This document shows, piece after piece, positions 9,568-18,900 of a DNA stretch of 64,000 bases. The stretch lies in contig JBPOGI010000001.1 in NCBI GenBank assembly GCA_051251855.1, positions 256,001 to 320,000 of the forward strand, written 5' to 3'. The translations under genes were made by a program, and so were the position numbers. Source of the stretch: Roseibacillus sp. (GTDB lineage: Bacteria; Verrucomicrobiota; Verrucomicrobiia; Verrucomicrobiales; Akkermansiaceae). The stretch's first letter is position 1. The number at the start of each line of letters is the position of its first letter. The notes beneath the pieces were generated by a model that had not been told where the DNA came from, searched no databases, and saw nothing but the letters and a program-made list of their open reading frames with translations.

Positions 9568-10610
9568 GCAACGAAGACGAATTATCTCAACTACCTCTTC
9601 CTAATGAACCCGAGCCTGTTACAGCCGCAGCAGGGGTGGAGGCGCCTCCGTTGCCGGTGCCTGACCCGAGCCTGGCGATGTTGTCGCGAATCCGAAAGCA
9701 GATTGAGCGGGTGTTTGTGGGGCAGGATGCACTTGTGGATAATATCTTAGTGGCGTTCGTAAGTTCGGGGCACGTCTTGATTGAGGGGCATCCTGGATTG
9801 GGAAAGACGCATTTGGTTCTCTCGTTGGCGCAAACCTTTGAGGGGCTGTTCAAGCGGATTCAGTTCACGCCGGATTTGATGCCGTCAGATGTCACGGGGC
9901 ATAGTCTCTACGATATCTCGAAACAGGCTTTTGAGGTGAAGCAGGGCCCGGTGTTTACCAATCTCCTTTTGGCGGATGAAATTAACCGAGCGCCTGCGAA
10001 GACACAGTCGGCCTTGTTAGAGGTGATGCAAGAGCGGCAAGCGACGATTGACGGGGTGTCGTATCCTTTGCCGAGGCCGTTCATGGTCTTGGCCACTCAG
10101 AACCCTGTTGAACAGGATGGGACGTATCCTTTGCCTGAGGCGCAGTTGGACCGCTTTATGATGAAGGTGATTGTCTCCGAACCGAGCCTAGAGGAAGAGG
10201 TTCTCATCGCGAGTCGTGCCACTGAGTCTGGGATGGAGTCTTTGAAGCCTGAGCAGATTGATTCGGTTTGTTCTCCGCAGGACATCGAGGAGCTGCGGGC
10301 GTCGTTGAAAAACGTGACGATTTCGCCAGCGGTGATTCGCTATGCGGTGGAATTAGTGCAGGCGACGCGAGCTTCGGAAATGACGTCTTATGGTGCCAGT
10401 CCGCGGGCGAGTATCTCCTTAGTGCAGGCAGCGAAGGGGTTCGCTATGTTACGCGAGAGGAATTATGTGGTGCCAGACGATATCAAAGGGTGCGCCTTGC
10501 AGGTTCTTCGGCATCGGGTGCGGTTGACTCCTGAGGTGGCGATTTCTGGGCAGACTGTGGATGAGACCGTGGCGGCGATTGTGAATTCGGTAGAAGCTCC
10601 TCGGCAGTAG
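9564..10610 (+). CDS. MoxR family AAA+ ATPase
   Basis: Walker A GHPGLGKT, RIQFTPDLMPSD, LLADEINRAPAKTQSALLE, YPLPEAQLDRF. Confidence 0.97.
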   Translation: MSNEDELSQLPLPNEPEPVTAAAGVEAPPLPVPDPSLAMLSRIRKQIERVFVGQDALVDNILVAFVSSGHVLIEGHPGLGKTHLVLSLAQTFEGLFKRIQFTPDLMPSDVTGHSLYDISKQAFEVKQGPVFTNLLLADEINRAPAKTQSALLEVMQERQATIDGVSYPLPRPFMVLATQNPVEQDGTYPLPEAQLDRFMMKVIVSEPSLEEEVLIASRATESGMESLKPEQIDSVCSPQDIEELRASLKNVTISPAVIRYAVELVQATRASEMTSYGASPRASISLVQAAKGFAMLRERNYVVPDDIKGCALQVLRHRVRLTPEVAISGQTVDETVAAIVNSVEAPRQ

Positions 10611-10613
10611 TTG

Positions 10614-11921
10614 ATGCGTCCTGCTATCCAGTTGCTTATTTGGTCCTCCGTGTTGTTCGGGTCGGCTGTGGTTCTGGCTTTCGTTGGGAAGGGGGAAGTG
10701 TTCTTTCTGATGGTGGCGTTGTTAATGTTCTTTGTGGTTTTGGCCGATGGGGTGCTCTTGCTCTTGCCCAGAAAGGTGGTCTTTCATCGTGAGCTTCCAC
10801 CGCGGTTTGCGCTGAATCAGAATACAGAGGTTCCTTTTGTATTGCAGAATCAGGGACGGGTGCCCTTGCGAGTAAAGTTTTTCGATGGTTTGCCTGAGGA
10901 GTGTTCTTACCAGTCCTTGCCGTTCGATATCCCCAAGTTGAAGCCGAAGGAGTATGCTCGCTCAAGCTATCGAGTGACCTTTTTGCGGCGGGGTGATTTG
11001 ACGATTTCTTCTGGTTATCTTGAGGTGCGTTCGTTGTTGGGGTTTTGGTGGCAGAATAGCCGGTTGGGGGAACCGGAAATTGCTAGGGTCTATCCCAACT
11101 ACGTTCCTGCCTTAAATTATGGTCTGCTGGCAACTGCAGATCGCGCTGAGTTGATGGGGATTGTGAAGCCGAGGAATCGGGGGATGAGTAAGGAGTTTCA
11201 TCAGCTGCGGGATTATCAAGATGGGGACGGCATTTCGCAGGTGGACTGGAAAGCGACCTCTCGGTTCAATCGCTTGATCACACGGGAGTATCAGGAGGAG
11301 CGCGATCAAACCATTTTGTTGGTGCCAGATTGTAGTATTCGAACGCGTGCTATGGATGGCGAGTTACCGATTTTGGATCATCTCCTCAATGCCGCCATTT
11401 TGCTTTCTTATATTGCATTGGGTCAGGGCGATAAAGTGGGGGTGATGTCGTTCGGGGGGGAGGTTCGTCATCTTTCTCCGGTGAAGGGGACGCACGGGAT
11501 GGCGCAGATTCTTGATCATCTCTACAATTATCAGCCCACGCGGGACTATGGAGATTATGCAGAGTTGGTCTCGCGGATCATGAGGGTGCAAACTAAGCGT
11601 TGCCTCGTGGTGGTTTTGACGAATTTGCGGACGGAAGATCAATTTGGTTCTTTAGGAGCTTTGCAGTTGTTGACGAAGCAGCATTTGGTTCTCTTAGCCT
11701 CAGTCAGAGAGACTGCGGTGGAGCGTGCTTTGGACAAAGAACTGATGACAGCGAAGGATGCCAATTCTTATTTGGGAGCGCTTGCTTATGAAGAGGATAT
11801 TGAAGGCCTGGTGAGTGAGGCGAGGGGACGAGGTTTCAGTGCGGTGCACGAGTCTTTGGAGAAGTTCCCGATTTCGCTCGCAAATCAGTTCCTTGATTTG
11901 AGAGGATCGGGACGTTTTTGA
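10614..11921 (+). CDS. DUF58 domain protein (VWA-associated)
   Basis: EFHQLRDYQDGD...VDWKATSR...REYQEER motif. Confidence 0.92.
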   Translation: MRPAIQLLIWSSVLFGSAVVLAFVGKGEVFFLMVALLMFFVVLADGVLLLLPRKVVFHRELPPRFALNQNTEVPFVLQNQGRVPLRVKFFDGLPEECSYQSLPFDIPKLKPKEYARSSYRVTFLRRGDLTISSGYLEVRSLLGFWWQNSRLGEPEIARVYPNYVPALNYGLLATADRAELMGIVKPRNRGMSKEFHQLRDYQDGDGISQVDWKATSRFNRLITREYQEERDQTILLVPDCSIRTRAMDGELPILDHLLNAAILLSYIALGQGDKVGVMSFGGEVRHLSPVKGTHGMAQILDHLYNYQPTRDYGDYAELVSRIMRVQTKRCLVVVLTNLRTEDQFGSLGALQLLTKQHLVLLASVRETAVERALDKELMTAKDANSYLGALAYEEDIEGLVSEARGRGFSAVHESLEKFPISLANQFLDLRGSGRF

Positions 11922-11987
11922 ATCAGGAACGCTGTCATGGCGGCACTTCCGCTTGTTTCTGGAGTTAAAAAGAGGAATAACTGTGAG

Positions 11988-12179
11988 GTGAAAGTTACCC
12001 TATCTGTTCTCGCGGTCGCATTCTGTGCGCTTTCTTGCACCCCTGTTCACAAGCATCAGGCGGGTGGGGGAGCGTTTGACGATTCACAAGTGGGACAAGC
12101 TCTCGATGCCAATGCACCCTTGCCAGAAGACAATATCAGCGGGGCTCGTAGCTTTGAAGAGTGGAGGGAGCGCGAGTGA
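11988..12179 (+). CDS. Small putative lipoprotein
   Basis: GTG start, [17 protein letters not shown] signal/lipobox; stop overlaps the next start (GTGA). Confidence 0.55.
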   Translation: MKVTLSVLAVAFCALSCTPVHKHQAGGGAFDDSQVGQALDANAPLPEDNISGARSFEEWRERE

Positions 12180-13279
12180 AAGATCCGCGCTACGCTGCAC
12201 TCGCTCGCCAGCTTACCGCCTATTCGACTCAGCTGAAGAAGGGGGAATCGATCCTGCTTGATCTCTATGATGTGCCGGAGAGCTTTGCTGTTGAATTGAT
12301 TCGGGCCGCTCGTAAGCGGGGTGCTCAGCCAGTGGTTCGTTTGCACAGTGCGGCGGTTACCCGAGAGCTTTTGAAAGGTGCGACTGAAGGTCAGTATCGC
12401 GTGATGGCGAAGCATTTGCTCGCTGAAATGAAGGATATGGATGCTTATCTCGCGGTGAGAGGTTCGCATAATATTGCCGAGCAGAGTGATGTTTCGCCTA
12501 AAAATATGGCGTTGGCGATGAGCCACATGCGCAAGGTAATAGACCATCGCGTGAAGAAGACTAAGTGGTGCGTGCTCCGTTGGCCTCATCCGGCGATGGC
12601 GCAGCAAGCAGGGATGAGCACGGAGGCTTTCGAGGATTTTTACTTCAAGGTTTGCTTGCTCGACTATAAGGCGCTGCTGCCATCCATGAATGCGCTCAAG
12701 CGGTTGATGGAGAAGACGTCACAGGTTCAGCTCACGGGCCCAGGGACAGAACTTAATTTTTCGATTCAAGATATTCCGGCAGTGGTTTGTGGGGGCAATT
12801 ATAATATCCCTGATGGGGAGGTTTTTACTGCGCCAGTAAAGGATTCGGTGGAGGGGGTGGTGGCTTACAATGCACCCAGTATTTATCGGGGGATTCCTTT
12901 TGATGGGGTGCGTTTTGAATTTGAGCAGGGCAAGATCGTGAAGGCGACTGCCGCAGGAGGTAAGACACGTGAGCTGAATAAGATCCTCGATTCGGACAAG
13001 GGTGCCCGCTACATCGGCGAGTTTGCCTTGGGTTTCAATCCGGAGATTAAGGAGCCAATGCGCGATATCCTCTTTGATGAGAAGATTGCGGGTTCATTTC
13101 ACTTCACGCCTGGGCAAGCTTACGAGGAGGCTGACAATGGAAACCGCTCGCAGGTTCACTGGGATTTGGTGAACATTCAACGTCCCGATTACGGGGGCGG
13201 TGAGGTGATTTTCGACGGCAAAGTGATCCGGAAGAACGGGAAGTTCCTAGCCAAGAACTTGGCGAAGCTGAATTGGTAA
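12176..13279 (+). CDS. Aminopeptidase, M29 family (AmpT/PepS-like)
   Basis: [37 protein letters not shown] motifs. Confidence 0.93.
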   Translation: MKDPRYAALARQLTAYSTQLKKGESILLDLYDVPESFAVELIRAARKRGAQPVVRLHSAAVTRELLKGATEGQYRVMAKHLLAEMKDMDAYLAVRGSHNIAEQSDVSPKNMALAMSHMRKVIDHRVKKTKWCVLRWPHPAMAQQAGMSTEAFEDFYFKVCLLDYKALLPSMNALKRLMEKTSQVQLTGPGTELNFSIQDIPAVVCGGNYNIPDGEVFTAPVKDSVEGVVAYNAPSIYRGIPFDGVRFEFEQGKIVKATAAGGKTRELNKILDSDKGARYIGEFALGFNPEIKEPMRDILFDEKIAGSFHFTPGQAYEEADNGNRSQVHWDLVNIQRPDYGGGEVIFDGKVIRKNGKFLAKNLAKLNW

Positions 13280-13345
13280 GGGCGCAAGGACGTTGCTGTC
13301 CTTGACTGTTCGCTTCAATTGAAGGACAGGAATGTCTTTGTTCCA

Positions 13346-13849
13346 TTAATCCTCGTCGCGCTTGGTCTTGGTGTCGGTCGCCTCGGCAGGACTGGGGAGG
13401 GCGATGACTTTGCGGACGAGCTTGCGAAGGCCTCCAGTGGCTTCGTCGTATTCGCTTTCGGCTTGGCGAAGAGCGACTTCCCAAGCAGAGGCAAACCCAG
13501 GGGCCTGCTCGCGCATCAGGCGCACGGCGGTCTCCATGGTGTGAAGGGCTCGTAACTCGCTACGGCCGGGCTTGTTCTCGAGGGCGGCTAAATTGACACG
13601 AAGGTTCTCGTTCTGTTCCTGAAGTTTGTCGACTTTGTCTTGGACGGTGCTGTTTCCAGAGGCGTTGATTTTGAGCTGAGTGTTCAGATGGCTCTCGAGT
13701 TCACGCATTTCTGTTCCCAAGCGTTTATTCTCCTTCTTCAGGTTCATTTTGGCCGCCAAGGCGGATTTCCATGTGAAAAAGGTCAGCGCGAGTCCAATTG
13801 CCAATCCCCAAGCGAAGGGGTTCTTAATAAATTCCCAAAAGGTGTCCAT
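13346..13849 (-). CDS. Hypothetical membrane-anchored coiled-coil protein
   Basis: N-terminal TM helix, heptad-rich body. Confidence 0.7.
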   Translation of the reverse strand: MDTFWEFIKNPFAWGLAIGLALTFFTWKSALAAKMNLKKENKRLGTEMRELESHLNTQLKINASGNSTVQDKVDKLQEQNENLRVNLAALENKPGRSELRALHTMETAVRLMREQAPGFASAWEVALRQAESEYDEATGGLRKLVRKVIALPSPAEATDTKTKRDED

Positions 13850-13972
13850 GCCGGAACTCTAACGTCAGCTGATGCTTTTCCAACTGGAAATTGGCTTTCG
13901 TCAGAAGATTGGTGAGAATTACAGCTTCAGGGGTTGAGGCGAGTTGGGGGGATAGTCTAGTCTTCAAGCTTG

Positions 13973-14794
13973 ATGAGGTTGGCAGTGCTGGGCAGTGGAA
14001 GTGGGGGAAATGCGACTTTGCTCGATCATGGGCAAGGATGTCTCCTCGTAGATGCAGGGCTCAGCGCCAAACAACTGGTGCTGCGGATGAGAGAGCTTGG
14101 GGTTGAGCCTGAAGAACTCTCTGGAATTCTCATTACTCATGAGCACGGCGATCATGTGAAGGGGCTGGAGGTCTTTGCTCGCAAATTTGAAGTGCCGGTC
14201 TATGCAACGGCTCTCACGCAAGAGGTTTTGATGCGGAAGGTGACCTCTGTGCGGCAGTGGAAACTCTTTTCGGCGGGACAGGGGTTCGATTGTGGGGGAG
14301 TGACGGTCCAAAGTTTCTCGATTCCTCACGATGCGGTCGATCCGGTTGGCTTTAAGTTTGAGTTTGAAGAGGCGAAAGCGGCGGTCGTGACAGATTTAGG
14401 GCATGCGAACTCGCGTCTGATAGAACGACTAAAGGGGGTGACAGCAATGGTGTTAGAGGCCAACTACTGCGACCAAATGTTAGAAGATGATGAGGTTCGT
14501 CCTTGGTCGCTGAAGCAACGGATTTCTTCGCGTCATGGGCATCTCTCTAACGATCAAGCTCGCGAGCTTGCGCGTGAGCTACAGGCGTCAGGTCTAGAAC
14601 GGGTGGTTTTAGGGCACCTGAGTAAGGATTGTAATACTGCCGAAGTAGCGAGCAAGGTTTTCGAGGGCCTGGGCTTGAGCGAAGTTCGGGTGGCTTCTCA
14701 GACGGTGGTGACAAATTGGATGCCAGTGAAGTCGCCGGTAGAAGCGCCTAATGTGGTCGAGGAAACGGGACAGGTCTTGATGGGGTTGTTCTAG
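13973..14794 (+). CDS. MBL-fold metallo-hydrolase (YycJ/WalJ-like)
   Basis: LGSGSGGNA, THEHGDH, PHDAVDP, TDLG, LEANY, HGHLSN, LGHLS motifs. Confidence 0.92.
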   Translation: MRLAVLGSGSGGNATLLDHGQGCLLVDAGLSAKQLVLRMRELGVEPEELSGILITHEHGDHVKGLEVFARKFEVPVYATALTQEVLMRKVTSVRQWKLFSAGQGFDCGGVTVQSFSIPHDAVDPVGFKFEFEEAKAAVVTDLGHANSRLIERLKGVTAMVLEANYCDQMLEDDEVRPWSLKQRISSRHGHLSNDQARELARELQASGLERVVLGHLSKDCNTAEVASKVFEGLGLSEVRVASQTVVTNWMPVKSPVEAPNVVEETGQVLMGLF

Positions 14795-14924
14795 TGTCTC
14801 GCGACATTTATTTTGTGGGATTAGAAAAAATCCTCAAGCTCATTCTTCTGTCCGACGGAAGGAGGCTTTTCTCAAAGTTCAAACAGAAAACCAATGTCCC
14901 AAAATTGATGTCGTGAGGCACTAG
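14791..14924. mobile_element. MITE-like element with imperfect terminal inverted repeats and CTAG at both ends
   Basis: Left CTAGTGTCTCGCGACATTTATTTTG vs reverse complement of right CTAGTGCCTCACGACATCAATTTTG; no ORF inside. Confidence 0.7.
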
Positions 14925-15013
14925 TAGTCTGAAAAATGATGTGCGATGGATCACTTGCTTCAGGTGCGTTCAATCGGCGTTAACTTTTATTTTTTTCGTG
15001 ATGGCTTAGGTAA

Positions 15014-15793
15014 TTACCAATGCAACTCGGTGCCGTCGTAATACCAGAACCCGCCGGAGTGGGTTGCATCGAGTTTGGCGATGAGTGCGATGATTTTGGA
15101 AACACTCTTTTCGGGCTTGAGAGGGGCTCCCTTGCCGCCCATCGCCGTTTGGTTGCGGCCAGGTGCCAGCGAGATAACGATGAAGCCTTCTTTCGCCAGC
15201 TGGCTGTGGAGATTTCGGGTGACCATGTTCACTGCGGTTTTACTGAGGGCGTAACCGGTCATTCTGCCAGTGCCATCGGTCAATCTTCCTGCGCGGGAGG
15301 AGATGTTGATGATCTTGGGGGTATCCGAGAGTTTGAGATTGGGAATGAGAGCTCGAGAAACGAACAAGGGGCCCAAAGTGTTCACCGAGAAGCTGAGGGT
15401 CATGTCTTCTCTTGTCTGCTTTCGGCCGAGGTATCCTGCATTATTAATCAGGATGTCGATTCGCTTTCCTTTGAGGCTCTTGGCAAGGTTGGCGATGTCC
15501 TCGTCACTGGTGACATCGAGCTGGGCCACTTCTGCGCCGGTCTCTTTCAGTTCGGTGGCCTCCTCGGGCTTGCGAGCGGTTCCAATGACATGGTGTCCGC
15601 TGGCGCGGTATTGTTTCGCATACTCAAGTCCGAGCCCACGGTTGGCACCCGTAATCAGCACGGTCAGCGGCTGATTTTTTGAGGCATCTTCGGCCTGAGT
15701 GGTTTGGACGCCCAGAGCGAATATCACGAACAAGACGCTGGGCAAAAAGTATCGAGAGAGCATTGTTGAAGTGAGTGTTTCTTGAGTGTTCAT
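15014..15793 (-). CDS. SDR family oxidoreductase (CsgA/C-factor-like) with N-terminal signal peptide
   Basis: TGANRGLG, LINNAG, YALSK catalytic motif, C-terminal HSGGFWYYDGTELHW. Confidence 0.9.
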   Translation of the reverse strand: MNTQETLTSTMLSRYFLPSVLFVIFALGVQTTQAEDASKNQPLTVLITGANRGLGLEYAKQYRASGHHVIGTARKPEEATELKETGAEVAQLDVTSDEDIANLAKSLKGKRIDILINNAGYLGRKQTREDMTLSFSVNTLGPLFVSRALIPNLKLSDTPKIINISSRAGRLTDGTGRMTGYALSKTAVNMVTRNLHSQLAKEGFIVISLAPGRNQTAMGGKGAPLKPEKSVSKIIALIAKLDATHSGGFWYYDGTELHW

Positions 15794-15902
15794 TTTCTAT
15801 CGGGAATAGAGTGGCGACGAGAAGGAGAGGAGTTGACTCTTCGCGATCGTCTCTGAGAGTAGCAGGGGAGTAAGCCTCAATGAAGGGGAGAGTCGATGAG
15901 AT

Positions 15903-18900
15903 TTACGGCGAGATGTTTGAAATGCGGAGGAAGTATCGGTCTGCAGTGGTGGGGACTTTGACTCTGATTCGACTGAGGTCAGGCCCGGGAGAGTTGGCTA
16001 TGGGTTCTGATGATATCAGAGTGAACTCAGTTCCAATGGTCAGGTTGGAGAAGTTGAGATCTTCTGACCCCTGAATAATGTAATCGGTGCCAATGGTAAG
16101 GTCGCTGCGGATGATCCATTCAAAGGAGTAGCCTTCGTTGCCAGGAGTGGTGGTCGCTTCGTAGGGACAAATCGTGAGGCCTCGACTTGCGGGATCATTC
16201 GGGTCGCTGTCCGCCCAAAACTCCAGAATCTCGGGGCTACCGTCTTGGTCGGTATCACCGGCGGGATTCACTGCCGAGGAACCGAGGTTCGCTAAGGCCC
16301 ACTCATCGTGAATGCCATCACCCTGGCTGTCGTCGTTGGGGATGTCAGTCACATTGATATTGACTGTGGTCATGACCTCGCCCGGGTTGGGAGCAAAGCC
16401 ATCGCTCACCAAGATAGACAAGACGTCAGCAGGGGATTCCTCAAAGTCCAAGCCATTTTGGACCAAGCCAATCTCGCCGGTGAGCGGGTTGATATCGTAG
16501 TAACTGCCCTCGTTTCCTCCTACGATGGAGTAGGTGAGAGTTCCGCGGGTGGGATCGGGATCATCCAAGTCGGTGACTTGCGGTCCTGCTCCAACGACCG
16601 TTCCAGAAGTGGAATTTTCTATCACCGCATAAGGTCCAGCCGCCGCATCCAAAGTGGGCTTGGCGTTCGCATAGTTGTTGATCCAATCCGTAATGAGAGT
16701 GACGCCTTCTTGGTCGATAATCTCGGTGGCTATGGGAGGCATACGGGTGTAACCATTGGAAGCGGATGCCAAACTCAGAATCATCGATTTGTTCGGATTA
16801 CCCGGGATAACAAATCGATCCGTTGAATCTGCCACTGCAAAACCAATGCCTTCACCGTGGAGAAGGTTTGTCTCTTCAATGCTCAGATTGGGATCGCCTT
16901 TCCAAGTGTCACCCACCGAGATTTCAGTCGTTCCTTCGTAGTGGCAGTAGGAGCAGTTGACCGCAAGATACGACCGGACCCGTTCTTCCAAATTCACACT
17001 GACATCATCAGGAGTATAGAACTTCGGCAAATTCGCGGCCACCGGAGCGGCGCCCGCGCCTTTGTCGAGATACCCTGTCTCGTAAAGAAGCTCCAAGAGG
17101 TTGCCTGACACTCCACCAAGGGAGCCTGGCCGATTTTGTTGCCTCGTGTTGAAGCCAAGCATCACTCCGTTGTCATTGGTGTGACAAGTCCGGCATTCGC
17201 CACGAGAAGGAATAAACCAGTTCGGCTGGCTTCGGGTGCTCCCATCCGCTTCCGTGATCGTTGGTAACGGAATTGATTCGCCGCTGGCGTCAGCCAAAGT
17301 CGCTTCGGTCTGAGCTGTGTTCCAGCGATAGGAAACGGCATAGAAGTCATCTTCCGTCTTAACGATAAATCGAGTTTCCAACCTTTGCACGTTGGTGCCG
17401 GGATTCTGCAAATTCAAATCCATGTCGAAATGCTTCACCCAAACCCCACCTGCTGGGGCTTCCCAAAGACCATCTTCGGAATAGGTCACCATATCAGTGG
17501 CCTCTTTGAGAGCGAAGAAGCGAGTTTTATCAGCATGGTCAGACCAAAAACGCAGGTTGAGATCGTAAGGAACCACCGCCGCACTCGGAGTCAAGGTCGC
17601 GACGTTGCTGAAGGCTCCCGTTTCGGTCAAAGTTTGAGGAAGAGAGCCATCGTCGACATCGAAGGTGATCCGCCGGATTTGGCCCCCGTAGTCGAGCATC
17701 AAAATGCTTCCGTCACCCGGGTCGGTCTCCATCGCTACGATGCCTCCTTCGCTTCCGATGCGCACAGGTGAACTGGCTCCGTAGGTCTTGGTCTCGAAAT
17801 TACTGGAGGTGGAGAGCACCGAGGTCGTCATTCCGGTCTCGTCCATTCCCCAATCACCACCCACCGCCACTCGTTGCACGGTTTGAAAGTCTCCATGATC
17901 AGGGCGATGCATATACCAGATTTCTCCACTAGTGTAGTCGGCAAAGACATAGGCACCAGCGAGAACGGGTATGTCCGTGCTTTGGTAGAAGGCTCCTCCA
18001 ATGATGGACTTCACTCCTCCGGTGTCGTTGCTTCCGGGTCGCAAGTATTGCATCACCGGTTGAATGAAATCCACTCCCGCTGGTGGGTCAAAGAAGGGGC
18101 CGGAGTATCTATTGCTACCCAACTGCAGCACGCCAGGATCAGTTCCTTCGAAGTAGCCCCACCCGGCATTTCCTCCCGGAGGCATGATGCTCAGTTTCTC
18201 GTATCCCGCCGCGCCATCATCCGCCACCCAAAGCTCTCCCGTGTTGGGCACGAAGCCAATTTTCCAAGGGTTTCGGAAGCCGACACAATACATCTCGGTG
18301 CGAACCTCGTAAGCATTCCCCGTAGGAATGGCCTGACCGTTGAAGGTGGTCACTCCCCGACCATCGGTGAAGTTCTGATCGACGTAAGGGTTGTCCGCCG
18401 GAATCGAATAGTAGGCCAAACCGCCATTGAGAGTGACCCCATCCAGATTGGCAGGCTCGTAATTTCCCGCCTTCTTATCCACATCGATGCGTAAAACCGA
18501 AGACCAGATGTCATCATCAATGCGCTGGGTGTGAGCAGGACCGGTAAAGTTTCCATCATCACCGACCGCAATATAGAGATAGCCGTCTGGTCCAAAAAGC
18601 ATTCGGTTGATGCGGTGGATCCCTTGTCCTGAGCCATCACCCGTTCGAGCCTGATGGAGAATCACCTCGGTTGCCGAACTCGCCTCGTTCAGATCGTTGG
18701 CGTTGGCTGTAAAACGTGAAATCCGAATCGAGTCTGGTGCGCCCCCAAAGCCCACCGTGCTGTCATATCCCACATAAAAGTAGCGGTTATTGGCGAAGTC
18801 AGGATGAAATGCCACCCCGCGCAGACCGGCAAAAGTGGAGGTGCGCACATTAGGGATATCAAGTAAAAGCGACCGCGAGGGAGAGGCCGAATCAATGTCG

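Noticed and set aside
15020..15682. 220 aa plus-strand ORF, and similar long antisense ORFs over nadA, the LarA-like gene, metG and gatA
   Set aside because: They lie opposite well-supported genes and carry no motifs; typical antisense shadows
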